Positions 16,712 to 24,000 of a stretch of 24,000 nucleotides of DNA are shown here, piece by piece. Source of the DNA: Thermoplasmatales archaeon (GTDB lineage: Archaea; Thermoplasmatota; E2; UBA202; JdFR-43); contig JACIWB010000008.1 of the NCBI GenBank assembly GCA_014361245.1, positions 1-24,000 of the forward strand, read 5' to 3'. The notes under the pieces are model-generated. The model did no database searches and was not told the origin of the DNA. It saw only the letters and a list, made by a program, of their open reading frames with translations. The position numbers and the translations under genes are program-made. How positions within the stretch are numbered: position 1 is the stretch's first letter; each line of letters opens with the position of its first letter.

Positions 16712-16797
16712 GGGCCGGTGGATCAGAGGAAGATCGCCTGCTTCGCAAGCAGGAGGCCGCGGGTTCGAAATGCGCCACGAAAATCCCGCCCGGTCCA
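16712..16797 (+). tRNA. tRNA-Ala (anticodon CGC) with a 14-nt insertion (candidate intron) in the T-loop
   Basis: Reads GGGCCGG TG GATC AGAGGAA GATC G CCTGC TTCGCAA GCAGG AGGCC GCGGG [21 nt] CCCGC CCGGTCC A. It has the G3:U70 pair, A73 and anticodon CGC. Removing 14 nt (about 16770-16783) restores a canonical TTCGAAT T-loop. Confidence 0.75.
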
Positions 16798-17328
16798 TTA
16801 ATCTTCTTTAAATCTTTCCCACTCGCTTATTAAGCATCCGCAATATTTTTGAGTGTAGAGCCCATAAACTTTTATAATTGCTCTTGCCTCGCCTGCTCCT
16901 TCTCTGAAATCTTTATAGTAAAACTTAATACCATATTTTTCTCCTATTTTCTCGCCCACTCTTTTTATTTCATTATGATATTGATTATGGGAAGAGAGCA
17001 GTGTTGTTGAAAAAGCATCAAAGGAATTATTTTTTGCATATTCTGCAGTTTTATTCAATCTGTATTCATAGCAATTTATGCACCTATCCGGTCGCTCAAA
17101 ATTTTTTATTTGTTTCAGATAATCTTTAAAGTCATATTCTCCATAAATTATTTCAACATTTTCAATTTTTGAATATTTAATCAAAGCATCTTTCCTTGCT
17201 TTATATTCCATATAGGGATGTATATTTGGATTATACCAATAACCAATAACTTCATGTTCTTCCTCTCTCATTTTTTTATGTGGATATGCAAAACAGGGAG
17301 CACAGCATATATGCACTAAAATTTTCAT
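16798..17328 (-). CDS. queH: Epoxyqueuosine reductase QueH (DUF208 family)
   Basis: 176 aa with the QueH Cys signature: N-terminal HICCAPC, central RCINCYEYRL and C-terminal YCGCLISEWE. The stop codon directly abuts the 3' end of tRNA-Ala. Confidence 0.75.
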   Translation of the reverse strand: MKILVHICCAPCFAYPHKKMREEEHEVIGYWYNPNIHPYMEYKARKDALIKYSKIENVEIIYGEYDFKDYLKQIKNFERPDRCINCYEYRLNKTAEYAKNNSFDAFSTTLLSSHNQYHNEIKRVGEKIGEKYGIKFYYKDFREGAGEARAIIKVYGLYTQKYCGCLISEWERFKED

Positions 17329-17373
17329 AATATTAAACTTTTTAAAAATTTAATTTTAACTATCGAGAACACT

Positions 17374-17732
17374 TCAAAAAATTCTCGCCCCTGGATTGTA
17401 AATGGCTAAAATGCAGTTAAAACATTTCCAGAATCTCTTCAATCTTGCTTTGAGGATGTTTTTTAATGCCCATCTATATTGGAGCCCTATCTTAATTAGT
17501 GGCTTATTCTCGCGATAAACCAAGAAGCTATTGACAAATTTTATTACATCTATTACCATGCAACGCCTGTATTTTCTGGAATTAGTAAATAATTGGGCAG
17601 ATTTATGATACCATTGCCTTAGGGCTTCATTATCCTGCATAGTAAAGAATGATGGCAATCATAATTTCTATCTTTTTCTTGTCCCAGCAAAAGATATTTT
17701 TTTCTAACTAATTCTATTAATTGGTGTAGCAT
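17374..17732 (-). pseudogene. Decayed C-terminal fragment of an IS5-like DDE transposase, split across two frames
   Basis: Frame A reads MLHQLIELVRKKYLLLGQEKDRNYD..., resembling the LLxDKGYD block. Frame B reads ...DNEALRQWYHKSAQLFTNSRKYRR...LVYRENKPLIKI..., resembling ALRxxLxxRGIxPxIPxRKNRK...LYKxRNxIERxF. The N-terminal two-thirds is missing and I saw no inverted repeats. This is similarity by eye only. Confidence 0.4.
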
Positions 17733-17812
17733 TTCTTATTTTTTAAATTTTCAAATTCTTACAGTGCCACTATTGAGCGAAATTATTATAGAGTTGAAAT
17801 TAATATCTATTC

Positions 17813-20464
17813 ATGAAAAACAAAAAAATTGTTGTGATTGTAAGCGCTGTACTCATTGCAACAATTTTTTCTGGATGTATAGAGAGTGTTAAAGAGGTTG
17901 AGGGTTTTAATATAAAAACTGTTGAGCAATTAAGCTCGGAAAGAATTACTGATGAAATACCAGTAATAGTAGATGATGATAATCCATTTTATGCACTTAT
18001 TGCAACTCCCGCATCCTTATATTATAATGGCTCTTCATTGCATGTTGCCCCTCTTTTAGTTGAAAATTTTGATAAACCATCAGGAGCTATTGAAAGATTT
18101 AAGAAAATTTATCCAGCGAGTTATAAAGAATTTTATGGAATAACAGCAGAAAATTTATCAATAGAGTTAAGCAAGTTATGGAAAAGAAGCGATGCAATTA
18201 TGCTTATTGAAGAAAGTGAAAAAGGTTACAGCATGGGTGTTGTTGCGGTGCCGTTGGCTTGCTATTTGAATATTCCTGTTTTTGTTACAAATAATACCGA
18301 TAGAATAAAGGATGATTTGAAAAGATTGAATGTAGAATATACTTTTGTATGCGGTGATTTGAAAGGTTATAAAACAACTTGGCGATTTAATAGTGTAGAA
18401 GAAATAAATGATTTTATGATTGAATTTTTGAAAACAAGATTTGGAGGGGTAAATTATATCACAATCACGAACCCAGCAGACACAAGGAGGGCGCAGGTAT
18501 TAAACAGCACTACCTATGAATTTGAAAATGAGACATTATCTGCAAATGTTTTACTTGCTCAATCAATAAATGCGATATTAAATGGGTTTGCTCTTTTCTC
18601 ATATAATCAATTTTTAATTCCAGATTATAAATATACACGCCTGAAAATAGATTTAATTAATGAAAATTCCGAATATGTAAGTGAATTAGGAGATGATTTA
18701 ATATTATTAATTTATAATCCAGATGATGAAGTATATGTTTATACATCAACCGCAGCAGGCTTGCCAGAGGTGGAAGACGGGGATATAGTTGTGGATAAGG
18801 TTCATTATGAAACAATAATATATAACAAGCCAGGGGAATATTATGCAGAAGTTTTGGGGAGATGGGTTGCTTTTACAAGCGGAAAATATAGATTAAAGAT
18901 AGATGTTGAAGAATTATCCCATCCTTATGAACCACTTATGAAAAATCTTTCATCGATGGCACCATATATAACCTCCTACCATAAAGGGATTGTCTTTGCA
19001 AAACCTGAATTTGCTTTTGCTGGAAATGAAGAGATTGGAATTGAAGGGGTTGTTTATCCATCAACAAATGAAAGGCTTGTTGAGCCATGCAACAGGCATG
19101 TTCTTGAAATACATAACCAGCTAAATAAAATTCTTTCAAAAATTGCAAATATATCAGATGAGAAAGAACTGAGAAATTTTTATGCAAATAATCCAATTTA
19201 TATCGCAATAATGGCTGATCCAACAATGGTTCCGATGTTTTACTATCATAATCCAGATAGTGACAACATAATAGGAGTGCAACTTCCAAGCGATTTTATA
19301 TACGGAAATATTGACCCAAATCCAGCAGATTTAGAAAATGATTCATTTACATATTATCCATTCCAGGAAAATGCTGTCGGAAGAATAACGGGATATGATG
19401 CCCAGGATTGCTCTGCTCTTATTGCAAGAACAATATTTTATAATGAGATAATAGATAAGCTTGGGGAATGGAAGAATAATGCAACAGTTCAAACAGGTGC
19501 TGGCTTGGAATTTCAGTGGATTCCTATCCTAACCTCTCTGTCAAATATCCTGAGTGGGGGGCATGAACCAACAAAATGGCCAACAGGAGAAAGTTTGTTT
19601 ATAAATAAAAGATTAAGCAAAGATATGGAAGAAGGAGGTTTTGAAGTAAAAAGTACCCATCTTTTGGCATCGCAGAGAGAAGGTTTTAAGGATTTGGCAA
19701 GCTATACAAGCAGATTTAATATATTATTCCCGAACCTTATTGAATTTATAAGTGGTGAAAGAGTGGTTAAAGGAGGAGAATATCAGAGAAATAGCAATCT
19801 TATTTTTGTATTTAATCATGGAATTTATTATCTCTATGAATCAGGTGATGTTATTCTCGATTCCCTCGGTTTCCCACCTGTGACATGGACATCGAGATTT
19901 ATTTCATTTGCTTCAAGTGGATTAACAAATCATGGAGCATATGCAGTGAGATACATTGTAAATGAAGAATATGGACCAAGTATTATTTTTGTTGAAAGCT
20001 GTATTGTGGGAAGAACAGATGGATTGCTTCCAGAGAATTGTCTCACCCAAGCATATTTACATGCAGGAATTAATGCAATTGTAGCATCTACAAGGGTTAC
20101 TGCGGATCCAGGCTATATAGAACCCGGTCTAATTTTCAAGGGATTTGGAGCAAAAGGTTTTGTAAAAGCACTTATAAAATATTTAATAAAAGGTGAATTT
20201 CCCGAACCACATTTCGGTGCAGTCATAGCGGAAGATTTTATCCTAAACTTAAATAATAACGAGACGGTTGGGGTTGCCCTAAGAAATGCAAAGAATTCAT
20301 ATCTTCCAAAAGATGCAAATTCAACATTCCTATGGACTCCTCCTCTCACAAAAGCAAGATACGAAAGTGGGGCATATCTCGATAAAAAATATGTTTGCCT
20401 TAGAGAATTCAATTTATATGGTGACCCAGCTCTAAATCCATATCAGCCAATAAACAAGGGTTAA
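17813..20464 (+). CDS. Secreted, lipobox-anchored clan-CD cysteine peptidase candidate (C25/gingipain-like) with an N-terminal repeat region
   Basis: Signal peptide ends in FSGC (lipobox-like). The candidate catalytic dyad sits in the caspase-fold context: LIFVFNHG (His669) and IIFVESCIVG (Cys730). C25-like blocks are FIYGNID...ENAVGRITGYD and the terminal NLYGDPALNP. Two N-terminal units resemble cell-wall-binding-repeat-2-type modules. Confidence 0.5.
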   Translation: MKNKKIVVIVSAVLIATIFSGCIESVKEVEGFNIKTVEQLSSERITDEIPVIVDDDNPFYALIATPASLYYNGSSLHVAPLLVENFDKPSGAIERFKKIYPASYKEFYGITAENLSIELSKLWKRSDAIMLIEESEKGYSMGVVAVPLACYLNIPVFVTNNTDRIKDDLKRLNVEYTFVCGDLKGYKTTWRFNSVEEINDFMIEFLKTRFGGVNYITITNPADTRRAQVLNSTTYEFENETLSANVLLAQSINAILNGFALFSYNQFLIPDYKYTRLKIDLINENSEYVSELGDDLILLIYNPDDEVYVYTSTAAGLPEVEDGDIVVDKVHYETIIYNKPGEYYAEVLGRWVAFTSGKYRLKIDVEELSHPYEPLMKNLSSMAPYITSYHKGIVFAKPEFAFAGNEEIGIEGVVYPSTNERLVEPCNRHVLEIHNQLNKILSKIANISDEKELRNFYANNPIYIAIMADPTMVPMFYYHNPDSDNIIGVQLPSDFIYGNIDPNPADLENDSFTYYPFQENAVGRITGYDAQDCSALIARTIFYNEIIDKLGEWKNNATVQTGAGLEFQWIPILTSLSNILSGGHEPTKWPTGESLFINKRLSKDMEEGGFEVKSTHLLASQREGFKDLASYTSRFNILFPNLIEFISGERVVKGGEYQRNSNLIFVFNHGIYYLYESGDVILDSLGFPPVTWTSRFISFASSGLTNHGAYAVRYIVNEEYGPSIIFVESCIVGRTDGLLPENCLTQAYLHAGINAIVASTRVTADPGYIEPGLIFKGFGAKGFVKALIKYLIKGEFPEPHFGAVIAEDFILNLNNNETVGVALRNAKNSYLPKDANSTFLWTPPLTKARYESGAYLDKKYVCLREFNLYGDPALNPYQPINKG

Positions 20465-20758
20465 TTAGTATTCCCTCCACCTGTTGTTGCATTTTGTGCA
20501 TATATAAATCCTCGTCTCTGGCTCGTCTGCCGCCCTCGTCTGGCGCAGGATCCAGTATGCTTCATTATTCCCGCATTTAGGACATATTGTAGAGATTTTT
20601 GGTAAAAGAGATATTTCTTCTTCAATTACAATTGCATCGCTTTCCCTTCTTTTTGATACAACTTTTTTATTTTCCTTTTTTTGTGAGTGACCGCATTTTT
20701 TGCAGATCAATTCATCCCCTTTTGGATACATTAATGAGCCGCATTTCGGGCAGAGCAT
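20465..20758 (-). CDS. tfs: Transcription factor S (TFIIS/RpoM-like transcript cleavage factor)
   Basis: The N-terminal Zn ribbon is CPKCG...CKKCG. The C-terminal TFIIS-type ribbon is CPKCGNNEAYWILRQTRAADEPETRIYICTKCNNRW, including the acidic DE hairpin. Confidence 0.9.
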   Translation of the reverse strand: MLCPKCGSLMYPKGDELICKKCGHSQKKENKKVVSKRRESDAIVIEEEISLLPKISTICPKCGNNEAYWILRQTRAADEPETRIYICTKCNNRWREY

Positions 20759-20779
20759 GCCTCAGAAGATAATTTTACT

Positions 20780-22243
20780 TTAAATTATTTTCCATTTTGT
20801 TTCTTTTCCTATATCTTCAAGCTCAATGCCCACATTTCTCAAGTCATCTCTTATTTCATCCGCAAGCTTATAATTTTTATTTTCCCTTGCTTCCTTCCTT
20901 ATTTCAATAATTTTTTCTATTATCTTTTCGCTCTTTTTCTCTTTAATACCATATCTCTCAGCGAGAAGCAATAAAGAGCTTTCATCAATTTTTCTTTCTT
21001 CCTTAAATATATTTAATACGCTGGCAATACTTAGAAATTCATCAAGTGCAAATCTGCAAATCTCTTCCTTTGGTTTTTTTTCTTCCATCAAAAATCTATT
21101 TGTCGCTCTTACAAAATTGAAAATTTCCTCTACTGCTTTTGGAGTGTTGAAATCATCATCCATTGCCTTTTCAAAATTCATTTTTATGTTTTTTATTTCT
21201 TCGAGATAATTTTTCTCTTCCTTACTTAAATCTTTTTTCCTTAATTTTTTACTCTCGCCCGCAAACTCGTCCAGTTTTTCTTTCATATAAATAATCTTCT
21301 TAAGAGAATTTGATGCATTTTCAATTCCTTCCTCACTGAAATCTGCCGGGCTTCTGTAATGATAGGATGCAAAAAAGAAGCGTAAATTGTCTGCTCCCCA
21401 TTCATCTATTGCATCTCTCAGATTTATTATATTTCCTAGAGATTTACTCATTTTTTCTCCTCTTATTTTTAAAAGCCCGCAATGAAGCCAGTAATTAACA
21501 AATCTCCTTCCATAAAATGCTTCTGATTGAGCAATCTCATTTTCATGGTGAGGAAATATTAAATCTTCCCCCCCGCCGTGTATATCAATTGGCACACCAA
21601 GATATTTTGAACTCATAACCGAGCATTCTATATGCCATCCTGGTCTGCCATCACCCCATGGGCTGCGCCATTTTGGCTCGTTTGGTTTTGCTGATTTCCA
21701 GAGAGCGAAATCTTCCTTGTTTATTTTTCCTTCGCCACTAACTCTTGCGCCCGCCATTATCTCCTGCATATTCTGCCTTGATAAAATTCCATATCCCTCA
21801 AATTTTTTAACACTGAAATAGACATCTCCATCGCTGAGATATGCGTATCCCTCATCAATCAATTTTTTTATGAAATCTATCATATCTTCAACATGCTCTG
21901 TTGCTTTTGGGTAAAAACTTGCTTCCCTTATTCCGAGCTTTTTCATATCCTCAAAGCATCTTTTTGCATACATATCCGCATATGCAGGTGCCGGCATGCC
22001 TGCTTTATTTGCCGCATCTATTATTTTATCATCTATATCAGTTATATTCTGAACATAAAAAACATCATATCCTTTATATTCAAGATATCTCCTTATTATA
22101 TCAAATGCAACATATGTGCGTGCGTGTCCTATATGGGCATCGCTATATGTGGTTATTCCACAAACATACATTCTTACCCTTTTTCCTTCTAGAGGAATAA
22201 AAATCTCTTTTTTTCTGCTGAGGGTATTGAATATTTTGAGCAT
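20780..22243 (-). CDS. cysS: Cysteinyl-tRNA synthetase
   Basis: Class I motifs are HIGHARTY (HIGH) and KMSKSLGN (KMSKS). The N-terminus MLKIFNTLSRKKEIF...MYVCGITTY is typical of CysRS. Confidence 0.93.
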   Translation of the reverse strand: MLKIFNTLSRKKEIFIPLEGKRVRMYVCGITTYSDAHIGHARTYVAFDIIRRYLEYKGYDVFYVQNITDIDDKIIDAANKAGMPAPAYADMYAKRCFEDMKKLGIREASFYPKATEHVEDMIDFIKKLIDEGYAYLSDGDVYFSVKKFEGYGILSRQNMQEIMAGARVSGEGKINKEDFALWKSAKPNEPKWRSPWGDGRPGWHIECSVMSSKYLGVPIDIHGGGEDLIFPHHENEIAQSEAFYGRRFVNYWLHCGLLKIRGEKMSKSLGNIINLRDAIDEWGADNLRFFFASYHYRSPADFSEEGIENASNSLKKIIYMKEKLDEFAGESKKLRKKDLSKEEKNYLEEIKNIKMNFEKAMDDDFNTPKAVEEIFNFVRATNRFLMEEKKPKEEICRFALDEFLSIASVLNIFKEERKIDESSLLLLAERYGIKEKKSEKIIEKIIEIRKEARENKNYKLADEIRDDLRNVGIELEDIGKETKWKII

Positions 22244-22279
22244 GAAATAAAATACTGATATTTAAAAAAACTTATGCAT

Positions 22280-23308
22280 TCAGCATATTCTCGGTATTAT
22301 CTCTCCAGTTGGCATCTCAAGAATTCTCTTGCCCCCTACTCTTGTATTTAAAATTACATAATTTCCATTACTTACCTCCCCTATTATTTCCGCATTTCTC
22401 CCATATTTATGCTTCCTTATTGCTTCAAGAACATCCTCCGCCTGCGAAGCCATCACTCCTATAACCATTTTTCCTTCATTTCCAACTGCATATGGGTCAA
22501 TTCCAAGCATCTCGCAGGCGGCGAGTGTTGCTTCATTTATTGGTATTTTCTCCTCTTCAATATTAATTCTAACTCCAGATTTTTTTGCCATTTCATTAAG
22601 CGCGCTTGCTATCCCCCCTCTTGTTGCATCTTTTGCAGAAACAATTCCTCCAGCCTTTAATGCTTTTTCAATTAGTCCATAGAGAGGGGCAACATCTGAT
22701 TTAACCTTTCCTTCAAAACCATATCCTTCTCTTTTTGAAATAATTGCAATTCCATGATCAGCAATTGTTCCAGTTAAAATTATTTTATCTCCTTCTCTCA
22801 AGCATGAATCAAGAAGCCATCTATTTCTCTTTGTTATTTCAAAATTTTCATCAAGCAGTTTTGTTGCCTTTCCTATTGCTGAAGTTGTTATAATCATATC
22901 CTTTACTCCCCCCCTCTCAACAACTTTTGTATCACCAGTAACTATCTCAACATCTCCTTCAATTGCTGTCTTGGATATGCTTTCAAGAATTTTTCTATAT
23001 TTTTCTATTTCAAACCCTTCTTCCATAATCATTGCAAGAGCCATTGCAACGGGCTTAGCTCCAATAGATGCTATATCATTTATTGTGCCAGCGACCGCAA
23101 GCTTTCCTATATCCCCACCAGGGAAAAAAATCGGCTGAACAGTATGGCTATCTGTCGTAAAAGCAATTTCATCAAAAATCGCTGAATCATCCATTTCCTG
23201 TAATCCCACCTCTGCCTTCCTATTTTTGAATTCTTTAATTATGAATTCCTCTATTAATTTAGCCATTTCCCGCCCGCCAGCGCCGTGTGAGAGTTCTATT
23301 CTATGCAT
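22280..23308 (-). CDS. hypE: [NiFe]-hydrogenase maturation protein HypE
   Basis: PurM-like fold with the N-terminus [12 protein letters not shown] and the invariant C-terminal PRIC. The start overlaps the radA stop by 8 nt, with GGAGG upstream. Confidence 0.9.
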   Translation of the reverse strand: MHRIELSHGAGGREMAKLIEEFIIKEFKNRKAEVGLQEMDDSAIFDEIAFTTDSHTVQPIFFPGGDIGKLAVAGTINDIASIGAKPVAMALAMIMEEGFEIEKYRKILESISKTAIEGDVEIVTGDTKVVERGGVKDMIITTSAIGKATKLLDENFEITKRNRWLLDSCLREGDKIILTGTIADHGIAIISKREGYGFEGKVKSDVAPLYGLIEKALKAGGIVSAKDATRGGIASALNEMAKKSGVRINIEEEKIPINEATLAACEMLGIDPYAVGNEGKMVIGVMASQAEDVLEAIRKHKYGRNAEIIGEVSNGNYVILNTRVGGKRILEMPTGEIIPRIC

Positions 23309-24000
23309 CTCTTATTCCTTCCTCCAAAACAGCAAATACAACTTCTCCTTCCGGGAGGTGTGGTGAATCTATAAGGCGTGCTATTCTTTTTCCACCTTTT
23401 GATTTCCTCAAATAAAGTCTGAACATTGCTGTATGCCCTACTATATGACCTCCTATTGGTTGGGTTGGATCACCAAAAAATACATCAGGGCGGGCTGCAA
23501 CCTGATTTGTTACACATATAACAGCGTTATTTATTCTTGCAAATTTTAGTAGCGTATGCATGTGTTTATTAAGCTTTTGCTGCCTTTCTGCTAGCGAGCT
23601 TCTCCCAATATATTCCGCTCTAAAATGTCCTGTTAATGAATCAACAACTAAAAGCCTTACATTGTGCTCCTTAGCTATCTCATTTGCCTTCTCAACCAGC
23701 ATCATCTGATGATTTGAATTGAATGCGGTTGCAACATGTATCTTCTTCAAAGCTTCTTTTCCATCCATTCCATAACCACTTGCCATCTGGATTATTCTTT
23801 CTGGACGGAATGTATTTTCTGTATCAATGAAAATTGCCTCTCCATCCAAGCCACCCTCCTCTTCCTTCAGCTGAACATTTACACATAATTGATGAGCAAT
23901 CTGTGTTTTACCGGAACCAAATTCTCCAAAGAGTTCTGTTATTGCCTGCGTCTCGAATCCTCCACCTAGCAATTCATCAAGGCTTTTTGAACCAGTTGTA
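23301..24000 (-). CDS. radA: DNA repair and recombination protein RadA (partial; the N-terminus lies beyond the window edge)
   Basis: Contains ...[33 protein letters not shown] (Walker A) and LLVVDS (Walker B). The reading frame stays open to position 24000, so the TTG at 23972 given in the ORF track is an internal Leu, not the start. Confidence 0.9.
   Translation of the reverse strand, partial: TTGSKSLDELLGGGFETQAITELFGEFGSGKTQIAHQLCVNVQLKEEEGGLDGEAIFIDTENTFRPERIIQMASGYGMDGKEALKKIHVATAFNSNHQMMLVEKANEIAKEHNVRLLVVDSLTGHFRAEYIGRSSLAERQQKLNKHMHTLLKFARINNAVICVTNQVAARPDVFFGDPTQPIGGHIVGHTAMFRLYLRKSKGGKRIARLIDSPHLPEGEVVFAVLEEGIRDA

Noticed and set aside
16511-16798. 95-aa minus-strand ORF
   Set aside because: It runs antisense through the gyrA 3' end and tRNA-Ala. 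It has no independent support.
16712-20464. A tRNA-flanked genomic island with att direct repeats
   Set aside because: I could not find a repeat of the tRNA-Ala 3' segment (TCCCGCCCGGTCCA) elsewhere in the window. The only resemblance, around 23268-23278 inside hypE, is partial and lies in coding sequence. The island idea is kept only as a weak hypothesis.
1-24000. CRISPR arrays, rRNA genes, inteins in gyrA/gyrB/radA, and in-frame recoding sites
   Set aside because: I saw no regularly spaced repeats. The gyrase and RadA sequences run continuously through their conserved blocks without insertions. I noticed no interrupted frames apart from the transposase remnant.

Overview
AT-rich archaeal chromosomal segment with GC-rich tRNAs. 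The archaeal assignment rests on GatD, TFS, RadA, an A1:U72 tRNA-Gln and an Mbh-type hydrogenase; I cannot name the lineage without a database search. Genes are tightly packed and mostly housekeeping.

(1) 573-8656 (+): a complete 14-gene membrane-bound [NiFe]-hydrogenase/Mrp-antiporter operon, colinear with Pyrococcus furiosus mbhA-N. Both NiFe-binding motifs are intact in the large subunit, and almost every gene junction overlaps (ATGA).

(2) 8710-10512 (+): a DhnA/MJ0400-family class I aldolase followed by a Zn-dependent medium-chain dehydrogenase.

(3) 10753-12188: a tRNA-Gln(UUG)/tRNA-Glu(UUC) pair on the minus strand, facing away from gatD across about 40 bp.

(4) 12223-16710 (+): a 77-aa protein with four CxxC pairs, then gyrB and gyrA.

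(5) 16712-16797 (+): a tRNA-Ala(CGC) whose T-loop carries a 14-nt insertion. The insertion can fold into a bulge-helix-bulge-like motif, so it is a candidate non-canonical intron.

(6) 16798-20464: a possible accessory patch. It holds a bacterial-type epoxyqueuosine reductase QueH (-), a decayed IS5-like transposase remnant (-), and an 883-aa lipobox-bearing clan-CD (C25/gingipain-like) peptidase candidate (+).

(7) 20465-24000 (-): tfs, cysS, an isolated hypE, and radA (5' end outside the window).

I saw no rRNA, CRISPR array or intact mobile element. Operon-leading genes tend to have a TATA-like box about 26 nt upstream of the start codon, which suggests leaderless mRNAs. Internal genes instead carry GGAGG-type ribosome-binding sites.

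Every family assignment comes from motif recognition by eye, not from searches.
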